A stretch of 64,000 nt of DNA from Candidatus Fermentibacterota bacterium (lineage in GTDB: Bacteria; JAFGKV01). Where the stretch lies: NCBI GenBank assembly GCA_016928395.1, contig JAFGKV010000147.1, forward strand, positions 82,977-146,976. The letters are read 5' to 3'. The translations under genes and the position numbers were made by a program. The notes below the pieces were generated by a model. It did no database searches. It was not told the DNA's origin and saw nothing but the letters and a program-made list of their open reading frames with translations. Shown here in pieces: positions 17,285-26,204 of the stretch (position 1 is the stretch's first letter; each line of letters opens with the position of its first letter).

Positions 17285-19935
17285 AACGACATTTCCCCGA
17301 TTCCGGCGGCGGTAGTGCCCGGCGTATTCTGCATGTGCCGACGATTCGCACGGAGCACGTCGAGCGCGATATCCCCGCGGGCGGTCATCACCAGCACCAC
17401 ATCACCCGTGCGGGCGGCATCCAGTGCCTGCACCATCGCTGATTCCTCGCTTTCATACCTTTGGATGTGCTCTGGCGGCACCCCGACCATGGACAGACCT
17501 CTTGCCAGCAACTCCGTGGTACTCCCAGGCTCACGACCCCGCCGGTACCGGGGATCCTCGTACAGATAGGTCTCGTCAGCCACGGCCCCGAGGATGCTGC
17601 CGATGGCGATGATATCCTCGTCCCGGCGATCACCGACCGCGTTCAACACGAAGAGCTTTCTCCGGAATTGGCTTCGCCGAAGGTAATCGACCAGCGCCTC
17701 ATAGGCGGCAGGGTTGTGGGCATAGTCGATCATGACCCAGAAATCGTCTCGGGGTACCAGGTTCATCCGGCCGGGCAACTGGGTGAGAGAAGGGAAAAAG
17801 GAGAGTAATCCCTGACGAACAGTATCAACCTTGACTCCCAGACTGAATGCAGCAAGAGAGGCCGCCATGACATTCTGGATGTTGAACTCAGCAGCGCCGC
17901 CAAGGGTGACCGGGATGTCGGCCGCCTTTGCCAGCGGGTGTACGGTTCCGTCAGCAACAAGAGTCACATAGCCGTTTTGATAGGTAGACGCGGTTCTCCC
18001 GCGCTCAATGTGATGGGTGAGGACGTCACTCTCGGGGTCCATAGAGAAATATGCGATGTTCTCAGAGCAATGTCGTGCCATATCCCGGCAATACGGATCG
18101 TCTGCGTTGAGTACCGAGTATCCACCGGGCCGAACCACTTCCGCCACGATGGACTTCAGAAACGCCAGATCATCCAAGGTCTTCACGTTACCCAGATTCA
18201 AGTGATCCGCGCACACATTCAGAACGATTCCGACATCGGCGTTCTTGTACCCAAGACCATCCCGCAAGAGCCCACCCCGGGCGGTCTCCAGCACGGCGCA
18301 GTCGATGGTGGGATCGCGGAGTACCACTCCTGCGGAGTGGGGTCCGCTCATGTCGCCCTTCACCATCAGACGTCCACCGATGTAGATGCCATCCGTGCAT
18401 GTCATACCCACCGCATACCCGGCGGTCTTCATGATGTGTGCCGCCAAGCGCACCGTGGTGGTCTTGCCATTGGTGCCGGTGACGGAGATGATTGGGATGT
18501 CGGTTTGCGAGCCCGGAGGGAACAGCATATCGAGGATGGGTGCCGCCACATTCCGGGGCTTCCCCTTAGCAGGGGCGAGATGCGCCCTGAGGCCGGGCGC
18601 GGCATTCACCTCGATCACTGCGCTTCCAGTTTCGGTGATCGGCACGTCTATCCGAGGGGCCAGTATATCGATGCCGGCCACGTCCAGCCCAATGATCCTG
18701 GCCACTCGTTCGGCGATGAACCGATTCGTGGGGTGCAAGTCGTCCGTCACATCCTCGGCAGAGCCTCCGGTGCTGAGGTTTGCCGTCAGCTCAAGATTGA
18801 AAACCTCGCCCTCGGGGAGTATCGCCTCCATGGTGTAGCCAGCCTGGGTAAGGAGTCGATGGGTGGTCTTGGAGACGACCAATCGCGTCATTTCCCTTTC
18901 GTGGCCGATACCACGACGGGGATTGGTGTTCTCGATCTCGATGAGCCGCTCGATGGAGTGGATGCCGTCTCCAATCACATGGGCGGGATCGCGGCGCACC
19001 GCGGCAATGAACCGTCCTCCCACGACCAGCAGCCGGAAATCGACGCCGCGGATCATCTGCTCGACCACGATTTCCCGCGAGTACTCCTTCGCCTTGGCAA
19101 ACGCAATCTCCATCTCTTCGTCGCTGGAGATACCGATGGTCACGCCTTTTCCATGGTGGCCGTCAAGTGGCTTCACAACCACTGGGTACCCTATCCACGC
19201 GGCATCCTCCTTGGCAGCCGAGATGTTCGAACACTTCGTGCCCCGGGGTACCGGAATCCCCGCATCGCGAAGCATTCCCGTGGTGAGCGCCTTGTCTCCG
19301 GCCGTCTCTACGCCGATGAATCCCGTTCCCGAGGTGATGGTCGCCTTGACGAGCTTTTGGAACCGCCCTTCACCTAGCTGGATGAGACGATAGTCGTCGA
19401 GCCGGAGTACCGTGATCCGGCGTCGTTCCGCCTCTTCGACGATAGCCGCGGTCGATGGGCCCAACCGGTTGTCGTCCAAGATAGTGAGCAAACGTTTTAC
19501 TGTGGCCTCAAGATCATAGGCCTTGCCGGCAAGGATGGCCTCCACAAGAGCCAAAGCCTCCTCGCCCGCCATGATTCCCGCCTTGTCGACCCAGTAGCTG
19601 AAGATCACATCGTACACGCCTGGCGACCCCGCATTGCGGGTCTTGCCAAAGCCGACAGGCATGTACGCGATGGTCTGGAGCTCGAGGGCGACATGCTCGA
19701 TAACGTGGGTCAGGAGAGTGCCCTCATGCATACGTTCGACAAAACCACCGGGAATGCCTTTACTGCATCGATGATCCCCCAGGCTGGGGATGCACTCCAG
19801 TAGTCTTTCCGGGAACCCGTCGAGCTCTGACGTGAAGACCTCATCGTAGTCCTCGAGGTCGATGGTCATGACTATCACGGGCCGCAAGCTGTAGTAGTTG
19901 GCGCCGTGGAGTGCCTTGATGCCCAAAGTCTTCAT
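17281..19935 (-). CDS. cphA: Cyanophycin synthetase
   Basis: 884 aa. N-terminal CphA-specific region MKTLGIKALHGANYYSLRPVIVMTIDLEDYDEVFT..., ATP-grasp core, C-terminal Mur-ligase domain (ISVTGTNGKTTT). Confidence 0.9.
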   Translation of the reverse strand: MKTLGIKALHGANYYSLRPVIVMTIDLEDYDEVFTSELDGFPERLLECIPSLGDHRCSKGIPGGFVERMHEGTLLTHVIEHVALELQTIAYMPVGFGKTRNAGSPGVYDVIFSYWVDKAGIMAGEEALALVEAILAGKAYDLEATVKRLLTILDDNRLGPSTAAIVEEAERRRITVLRLDDYRLIQLGEGRFQKLVKATITSGTGFIGVETAGDKALTTGMLRDAGIPVPRGTKCSNISAAKEDAAWIGYPVVVKPLDGHHGKGVTIGISSDEEMEIAFAKAKEYSREIVVEQMIRGVDFRLLVVGGRFIAAVRRDPAHVIGDGIHSIERLIEIENTNPRRGIGHEREMTRLVVSKTTHRLLTQAGYTMEAILPEGEVFNLELTANLSTGGSAEDVTDDLHPTNRFIAERVARIIGLDVAGIDILAPRIDVPITETGSAVIEVNAAPGLRAHLAPAKGKPRNVAAPILDMLFPPGSQTDIPIISVTGTNGKTTTVRLAAHIMKTAGYAVGMTCTDGIYIGGRLMVKGDMSGPHSAGVVLRDPTIDCAVLETARGGLLRDGLGYKNADVGIVLNVCADHLNLGNVKTLDDLAFLKSIVAEVVRPGGYSVLNADDPYCRDMARHCSENIAYFSMDPESDVLTHHIERGRTASTYQNGYVTLVADGTVHPLAKAADIPVTLGGAAEFNIQNVMAASLAAFSLGVKVDTVRQGLLSFFPSLTQLPGRMNLVPRDDFWVMIDYAHNPAAYEALVDYLRRSQFRRKLFVLNAVGDRRDEDIIAIGSILGAVADETYLYEDPRYRRGREPGSTTELLARGLSMVGVPPEHIQRYESEESAMVQALDAARTGDVVLVMTARGDIALDVLRANRRHMQNTPGTTAAGIGEMSF

Positions 19936-20025
19936 GGCAGATTAGGGCATCCTTTCATGATCTGAGGGGTTTCGTAGGCTCGGAATGGACAGCAGGGAGG
20001 CTGGCGCATGGCACGGGAAGTCCGG

Positions 20026-20379
20026 TCAGCACTCATGTAAGGCGCCCCGACCAATCTCCAAGGCAATATGATGTGATGCATTGAACGCCGCGAGGAGGCG
20101 TTCAATGCAGGGAGAGGTCTGCAGCGAGGCCGTGGCCATGATGTCGGCAGTTACCATGCCTTCCTTTGGCCATGCCTTCATGACCACATGGGCCACATCA
20201 GCCATAGCGACTCCCGTGACCGAGTCTTCACCGGTGCTGCACACGTGGGTGAAAATCACATGAATGCCCAAAGCTCGTGCAGTCGACCCGAGAGCCTCTC
20301 CCAACACTGCCTTGTCGGCAAGGACCGAAGCGGGGCATCCACTCAGCTCAACCAAGAGCTGCCGGGCAACGGTTTCCAT
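20026..20379 (-). CDS. S-adenosylmethionine decarboxylase (SpeH)-family protein, apparently non-catalytic
   Basis: Aligns along its length to small bacterial SpeH (ELSGCP..., VTGVAMADVAHVVMKAWPKEGMVTADIMATA versus SpeH [31 protein letters not shown]). The E-S processing/pyruvoyl serine is replaced (DV) and the active-site Cys is Ala. Confidence 0.6.
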   Translation of the reverse strand: METVARQLLVELSGCPASVLADKAVLGEALGSTARALGIHVIFTHVCSTGEDSVTGVAMADVAHVVMKAWPKEGMVTADIMATASLQTSPCIERLLAAFNASHHIALEIGRGALHEC

Positions 20380-20529
20380 GGGCATTCCTCCCAATCAGAA
20401 TGCGGCGGCTTGCCGATTCGCCCAGAATGACGCACACTGGATCGTGCGGGCACTGGGGCCTCTTTGCGTGATTGAGACCATCAGGCTGCCGCGCGGGAGG
20501 TCGCTGATCTCCCGCGCGGCGCCAGGAGG

Positions 20530-20739
20530 CTAGCCAGGCAGGGAAATGGCTCCCTCGGGGCACTCATCAACGCAGACGCCGCACTCTATGCAGTCATCCT
20601 CGCTGATAATGGCGACCTTCTCAACCGTTATCGCCTCAACGGGGCACACGGGAACACAGGATTCACACCCGGTGCACTTGGTGGCATCGACGATGGCGGC
20701 CATGGTGAGTCTCCTCCACATAAGGTGTGCAACACACAA
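20530..20739 (-). CDS. 4Fe-4S ferredoxin (2x[4Fe-4S])
   Basis: CTGCESCVPVCP and CIECGVCVDECP motifs; 69 aa. Confidence 0.8.
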   Translation of the reverse strand: MCVAHLMWRRLTMAAIVDATKCTGCESCVPVCPVEAITVEKVAIISEDDCIECGVCVDECPEGAISLPG

Positions 20740-20899
20740 TCCGAGCAGGGGTCAACCGTCCCCTTCTCAGTGCATAAACGAAGAAACTACTCAGGGCGAG
20801 GCCATCGTCGTCAAGGATTTCCTTATCGAGGCATGATGGCGACCGCAGAAGCGAGCCCTGGGTGGGGATTCTCGCTAGGGACAAGAGGCGGTAACAAGA

Positions 20900-20932
20900 C
20901 AGGGTGCATACGGGCAGGGTGCGCACCGTATG
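20900..20932. terminator. Hairpin (8-bp stem GCATACGG/CCGTATGC, 12-nt loop) between the hypothetical gene and ferredoxin gene
   Basis: gcatacgg-gcagggtgcgca-ccgtatgc. No T-tract; coordinates approximate. Confidence 0.25.
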
Positions 20933-20964
20933 CCCTTGGCCACCACAGCCACGCGACGCGGTGT

Positions 20965-21396
20965 TCACTCAGCCCAGGGGGGCTTCTTCTTGCCCAGCCC
21001 CTCCTTCATCTTCCTTTCCAGGTCCGCGAGGCGTTCCTGCTGGCGGCGCTTGACGGCGGCGGCGGAGAGGGAGGCGCCAAGCTTCTCCTGCTCTTCCCGC
21101 TTGCGCTCACGGTGCTTGCGCATCTCATCCTCAAGTTCGGGGATGGTCTGCTCCGGAAGGTCTCGAAGGTTCTCTGGCTTACGAAGGTAGACCCGCGTCT
21201 CGAAAGAGGTGCGAACAGTACGGAGAACCTCTTCCTGTTCCAGGCGGTTCACCATATGGTAGACCAGTTCAGGCGTCGTGCGCAGGAACTCGGCCAACTC
21301 CTCCACGGATGGCGGTGTGCCCTCTCGGTGCATGAACACGCGGACGCCCGCGACGGTGAGATGGGCCTGAGTGAGAAACGAACGATCATCGTTCAT
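20965..21396 (-). CDS. Hypothetical protein with putative HTH and charged C-terminal helix
   Basis: MNDDRSFLTQAHLTVAGVRVFMHREGTPPSVEELAEFLRTTPELVYHMVNRLEQEEVL...; RBS CTGGAG. The ORF track starts further upstream at 21588. Confidence 0.45.
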   Translation of the reverse strand: MNDDRSFLTQAHLTVAGVRVFMHREGTPPSVEELAEFLRTTPELVYHMVNRLEQEEVLRTVRTSFETRVYLRKPENLRDLPEQTIPELEDEMRKHRERKREEQEKLGASLSAAAVKRRQQERLADLERKMKEGLGKKKPPWAE

Positions 21397-21463
21397 GCGA
21401 GAGGCTCCAGCATGCTCATGTGATCCCCGGCTCCGTGGCTTTCGCCGGGAGCCCGTCTCGTAA

Positions 21464-23119
21464 CTACTCCATCTTCCTGAAGAGAGGTTCCGCAATACCA
21501 AGAGAGCGTCTGGGCTGAAGAGGAACTGCCGCGGATGCCCATCGTCGTTCGCCGGGGTGTAGCCCCAAGATTTCCATAATCTTCTCACTAGTGAAGGGCA
21601 TGAACGGTTCCCCCAGAATAGCCAAGGCCTTTACGATGTGCAAGCATGTGTGCAGGGTTGTGCCGCAGCGCCCGAGGTCCTCCTTCCGCTGTCTCCATGG
21701 TGCCTCGTAGTCAAAAAAGCGGTTCCCCATGCGGGCCAGATCCATCACCGCTCCTACGGCGTTCTTGAAGCGAAACGCATCGAGTTCTTCGCCCACGACG
21801 CCGGGCAGTCTCTCCAGGTGGGCGGCCATTTCTTCCGCCTCAGCCGTGACTACCGCAGGTTCCGGCACCGCATTGCCGAAATAGCGAGCCACGAAGGTCA
21901 GAGTGCGATGAACGAAGTTGCCCATAGTCCCCACCAGTTCATCATTATTGCGGCGCATCAGGTCATCGGGCTTGAAGGCCGTCCGCTGGGCTTCGGGAGC
22001 TATGAATGTCAGGTAGTAGCGCAGCGGATCAGGGTCAGCGTCGCGAAGGTACTCATGAATCCACACCGCTGTGCCCCGGCTCTTCGACATCTTCTCTTCG
22101 TCTTTGCCGGGGAACTGGAAGTTCACGAAGCAGTTGGCGACGACATTTGTCGGGAGCTGATAGGTTCCTTCCGCCATGAGCATCGCCGGCCACATGAGGG
22201 CGTGGAACACTATGTTGTCTTCGCCGAGGAAATGATAGATGGGAACGTCGGGGTTCTTCCACCAGTCGGCATACGATTCGCGCGGCAGCCCCCGTTGCTC
22301 AAGAAGGTCGGCGGTGAAGGTGACATAGCCGATGGGAGCGTCAAACCAGACATAGAGCACCTTGCCGCCCGCATCAGAGTCATCCGAAAGCGGCACAGGC
22401 ACGCCCCAGGAGAGGTCACGGGTGATTGCCCGAGGCTTGAGGCCCTGCTTCAGCATACCCAGCGCGAAGTTCTGCACGCTGGGCCGCCAGCCATCCCTGG
22501 CGGAGAGCCATTCTTTGAGTCTGTCCTCCAACCGGTCCTGGCGGAAGTACCAGTGCGTGGTCTGGCGAACCTCGGGAACAGATCCTGTGATTGCACTGCG
22601 AGGATCAATGAGCTCCAACGCATCCTGGTCTTTGCCGCAATTCTCGCATTGATCGCCCAAAGCCTGCTGTCCACAGAAGGGGCACGTGCCGCGCACGTAA
22701 CGGTCGGGGAGGAAGATGCCTGCCTCGGCGTCGAAAAGCTGTTGGGTGCTCCTCTTCTCCAGGAAGCCGTTCCTATTGACGGATAGGAAGAACTCCTGAC
22801 TCATCGCGGCATGGTGCGGTGACGATGTCCGCCCGTACACGTCGAACCTGATGCCCAATCCCTTGAAGTCGCGCTCTTGGGCATCGTGGTAGCGGTGGAC
22901 CACATCCCGCGGAGTGCACCCCTCAGCACGGGCACTCAGGGTGGCGGGGACGCCATGATCGTCGGAGCCGCAGATGAACAGGACCTCTCTGCCGACCGAC
23001 CGGCAGTATCGGGCATATGTGTCGGCCGGCAGATAGCTCCCCCCAATATGGCCGACATGAAGATTGCCATTGGCGTAGGGTAGCGCGGCGGTGATGAGTA
23101 CCTTATCATGAGATCCCAT
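21464..23119 (-). CDS. metG: Methionine--tRNA ligase
   Basis: HVGH (HIGH) motif near the N-terminus, KMSKS motif, zinc knuckle CPFCGQQALGDQCENCG. Confidence 0.92.
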   Translation of the reverse strand: MGSHDKVLITAALPYANGNLHVGHIGGSYLPADTYARYCRSVGREVLFICGSDDHGVPATLSARAEGCTPRDVVHRYHDAQERDFKGLGIRFDVYGRTSSPHHAAMSQEFFLSVNRNGFLEKRSTQQLFDAEAGIFLPDRYVRGTCPFCGQQALGDQCENCGKDQDALELIDPRSAITGSVPEVRQTTHWYFRQDRLEDRLKEWLSARDGWRPSVQNFALGMLKQGLKPRAITRDLSWGVPVPLSDDSDAGGKVLYVWFDAPIGYVTFTADLLEQRGLPRESYADWWKNPDVPIYHFLGEDNIVFHALMWPAMLMAEGTYQLPTNVVANCFVNFQFPGKDEEKMSKSRGTAVWIHEYLRDADPDPLRYYLTFIAPEAQRTAFKPDDLMRRNNDELVGTMGNFVHRTLTFVARYFGNAVPEPAVVTAEAEEMAAHLERLPGVVGEELDAFRFKNAVGAVMDLARMGNRFFDYEAPWRQRKEDLGRCGTTLHTCLHIVKALAILGEPFMPFTSEKIMEILGLHPGERRWASAAVPLQPRRSLGIAEPLFRKME

Positions 23120-23437
23120 GGATCCTGCCTTGTGCCGTGGGTGAGCGATGGAGCGTTGCCAAACACATAAGGGTATACTGACTCGGTGCCCGATGCAACC
23201 ATTGCTTTCCCACGAGCAACCGCTCAGGCTGTTTGGGGTTTTGGATCGAGTGATGTTCGATCCAACGTGACGGACCGATGAACGAGAGGAGTCCCCGGTT
23301 CGTCTTTCGTGACTCCGTGTACGCCGGGCGCATTGAGGCTATGAGTCGTGACTAGTATGGGTAGCTTGAGGAGGACATGTGACGCAGTGTCGTGCACCAG
23401 GAGCATCCGGGGAGATTCCGTGGTAAGACGAACCCTC

Positions 23438-25771
23438 ATGGTGCGTGGCGTGGTCCAAGGAGTGGGGTTTCGCCCCACGGTGTATCGGTGTGCCCTGAGC
23501 CGGCGGGTGGCGGGGTGGGTACGGAATCGTTCTGACGGGCTCGAAATCGCCGTGGAGGGCGATGAACGAACAGTTGCCGGATTCATCAGAGACGTGATCG
23601 ATCATCCTCCACCGTGCGCTCGAGTCACGGCCGTGGAGATTGAGGATGCGGAGCCGGTTGGAGAGGAGGGCTTCACGATTCTGCCAAGCCTGACCGTCGC
23701 AGGCAATACGCTGTGCCCGGCGGATCTGGCGACCTGCGATGCGTGTTTCGGCGAACTGTTCGACCCTCGGGACCGCCGGTTCCGCTATCCGTTCATCAAC
23801 TGCACGGACTGCGGCCCTCGATTCAGCGCCGTGGTCACGCTGCCCTATGACCGGCCTTCCACCAGCATGGCGTGTTTTCCCATGTGCCCACTCTGCAGCG
23901 CTGAGTATCATGACCCGCTCAACCGGCGGTACCATGCCCAACCGAACGCCTGTGCCGAGTGCGGCCCGAAAGTGTGGCTGGTGGATGGGGCCGGACAACC
24001 TCTGGTTTCAGACGATCCGGTGGGAACCCTTGCCTCAATGCTCCGGCAGGGATTCCTGGCGGCCATCAAGGGCATAGGGGGGTTCCACCTGGCAGCCGAT
24101 GCCACCGATGAAGCCTCGGTGGCCCGCTTGCGCCGGCGAAAGGGCCGCGATGCCAAGCCGCTGGCTGTCATGGTGGCTGACCTCGAGTGGGGCCGCCGTT
24201 GCGGCGTCATTGATGACCAGGCCGAGGCGATTCTGGTATCACCGGCACGCCCCATTGTCGTGGTCGATGCCGTAATGGATGGCCCGTTGGCCCCTTCCAT
24301 CGCACCGGGGATCGGCACCGTGGGGATCATGCTGCCCTACAGCCCGATTCATCATCTTCTGTTCCGTGACCGTGCCCAGACACTGCCCCCCTTGGTCATG
24401 ACCAGCGGGAATCTGAGCGACGAACCCATCGCTATCGGCAATCGGGAGGCCATAGGGAGACTTGGGCGATGCGCCGACATCATGCTCCTGCACGATCGCG
24501 ATATCGTGGCTCGAGCGGATGATTCCGTGATGCAACACCACCGGCACGGCGCGGTGTTCATTCGCCGCTCTCGCGGCCATGTGCCAGAGCCCCTGCCCCT
24601 TCCCTCGGATATGCCGCCCTCGTTGGGTACGGGGGCCTATCTCAAGGCAACTCCTTGCCTTGTCTCGGGGCGCCAGGCGTTCCTTGGCCAACACGTTGGT
24701 GACTTGTCGACCCTGGAAGGCGTTCGGTTTCATGCTCTGGCGATCGATGCGCTTGAGAGCCTCATGCGAATCACCCCGGAGGCCATCGGGTGTGACCTGA
24801 ACCCGGATTTTCCTTCCAGTGTGTGGGCGAGGCGCCATTGTATGAGGGTTGAGCCCGTGCAACACCATCACGCCCACGTGGTAGCGGCGGGCCTGGATCA
24901 TGGCCTGGAGCCTCCCCTCTTGGGGTTGGCCATCGACGGGACTGGCCTGGGGACCGACGGTTCGATCTGGGGGTGCGAGCTTGTGCTGGCGGATCGCGTG
25001 GATTTCAAGAGGCTTGGTCATCTCCTCCCTCTCCCTCTTCCCGGAGGCGATGCGGCCGTACACGAAACCTGGCGTGTCGCGATCGGGCTTCTGCATGCTT
25101 GCTTCGGAGAGGCCGCGCAGGGCCTTCTGGAGCAGGTGCTCTGTGGCGTTGACATTGCACACAAACGGCTCGTGCTGGAGGCGGTGCATCGGGGAGCCCA
25201 CACGCCGATGCAGACGTCGTGTGGGAGGCTCTTCGATGCTGCAGCCGCCCTTACTGGCGTGTGCACTGTCGCTCGATTTGAGGCAGAGGCGGCCATGATG
25301 TTGGAGCGGGCTGCAGGATTCGGGGCATATCGCCACGCAAAGGCGCGGCCGTTTCCCATGGGGATGCTGGAAGATGCCCCCTTGGTGTTGGATCCGCGCC
25401 CCATGGTGAGGGAGCTGACAGGTCGGCTTTTGGCCGGCGATGGACCGGAGATCCTGGCCAGGAGGTTTCATGACACCATGGTTCACGGTCTTTCCGGAAT
25501 GGTCATTCGGTGTGCTTCTGGAGCCGGGTTCGACACGGTGGTTTTGACCGGAGGGTGTATGCTCAACCGTTATCTCGCGGACGGTCTTACCCGAGAGATG
25601 GAGCGGGCCGGCCTCCGGGCTTTGGTGCCACGTCGGATTCCGGTCGGGGATGGGGGCATCAGCCTGGGCCAAGCCGCAGTGGCTGGCTGGCGGTTGAGCA
25701 CCGATGAGGTTGACAGGGTTCGGGATTCGGTGGGGGCTGAGCAGGTTCGGAATCGAGCCCACGCGGGATGA
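23438..25771 (+). CDS. hypF: [NiFe]-hydrogenase maturation carbamoyltransferase HypF
   Basis: Acylphosphatase domain VRGVVQGVGFRPTVYR, two Zn-finger pairs (CDACFGEL...CTDCGPRFS; CPLCSAEY...CAECGPK), YrdC-like and Kae1-like domains. Start is ambiguous: ATG at 23438 or GTG at 23348. Confidence 0.9.
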   Translation: MVRGVVQGVGFRPTVYRCALSRRVAGWVRNRSDGLEIAVEGDERTVAGFIRDVIDHPPPCARVTAVEIEDAEPVGEEGFTILPSLTVAGNTLCPADLATCDACFGELFDPRDRRFRYPFINCTDCGPRFSAVVTLPYDRPSTSMACFPMCPLCSAEYHDPLNRRYHAQPNACAECGPKVWLVDGAGQPLVSDDPVGTLASMLRQGFLAAIKGIGGFHLAADATDEASVARLRRRKGRDAKPLAVMVADLEWGRRCGVIDDQAEAILVSPARPIVVVDAVMDGPLAPSIAPGIGTVGIMLPYSPIHHLLFRDRAQTLPPLVMTSGNLSDEPIAIGNREAIGRLGRCADIMLLHDRDIVARADDSVMQHHRHGAVFIRRSRGHVPEPLPLPSDMPPSLGTGAYLKATPCLVSGRQAFLGQHVGDLSTLEGVRFHALAIDALESLMRITPEAIGCDLNPDFPSSVWARRHCMRVEPVQHHHAHVVAAGLDHGLEPPLLGLAIDGTGLGTDGSIWGCELVLADRVDFKRLGHLLPLPLPGGDAAVHETWRVAIGLLHACFGEAAQGLLEQVLCGVDIAHKRLVLEAVHRGAHTPMQTSCGRLFDAAAALTGVCTVARFEAEAAMMLERAAGFGAYRHAKARPFPMGMLEDAPLVLDPRPMVRELTGRLLAGDGPEILARRFHDTMVHGLSGMVIRCASGAGFDTVVLTGGCMLNRYLADGLTREMERAGLRALVPRRIPVGDGGISLGQAAVAGWRLSTDEVDRVRDSVGAEQVRNRAHAG

Positions 25772-26003
25772 GTCCGCAGTCAGATTGCGAGCACGGCAGC
25801 GGGACGGCCCGCTGCCGTGCTCTCCGATCCCACATCCTTCACCAGCAGGGTACGTTCAGGTCCCGTGCCACTCCACACCGTCCCTACACCGTGGGTGAGA
25901 CTTGTGTTTGATGTGAGCACGCCGTACACTGGCTCTAAATGCTCCCGCTTTTATCCGCTTTTGTCCACAACCGTGGGCCTTTCTACACAGGAGGAAGGAG
26001 CAC

Positions 26004-26171
26004 ATGCCCACCTACGATTTCCACTGCAGTTCATGCGGCAAGGACTTCAGCACAATCCTCTCCATTGCCGCCAGGGGTGAAGACGCCATTGTATGCCCCG
26101 CCTGCGGTTCCAAGAATGTCGAGCAGCAGTTCACCTCTGTGTCGGTGAAGACCGGCAAGAAGACCTGGTAG
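26004..26171 (+). CDS. FmdB-family zinc-ribbon protein (55 aa); absent from the ORF track because <60 aa
   Basis: RBS AGGAGGAAGGAG precedes the ATG. MPTYDFHCSSCGKDF...IVCPACGS is the canonical M-x-Y-x-(F/Y)-x-C-x-x-C ... C-P-x-C-G FmdB signature. Confidence 0.75.
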   Translation: MPTYDFHCSSCGKDFSTILSIAARGEDAIVCPACGSKNVEQQFTSVSVKTGKKTW

Positions 26172-26204
26172 CACCAGGGCTCATCTCTTCGGAAGGAGGC
26201 CTCC

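Noticed and set aside
17938-19377. 479-aa plus-strand ORF
   Set aside because: Antisense to cyanophycin synthetase; it has no motifs and spurious composition.
21638-22786. 382-aa plus-strand ORF
   Set aside because: Antisense to metG, whose identity is unambiguous.
24239-25762. 507-aa minus-strand ORF
   Set aside because: Antisense to hypF; it has no motifs.
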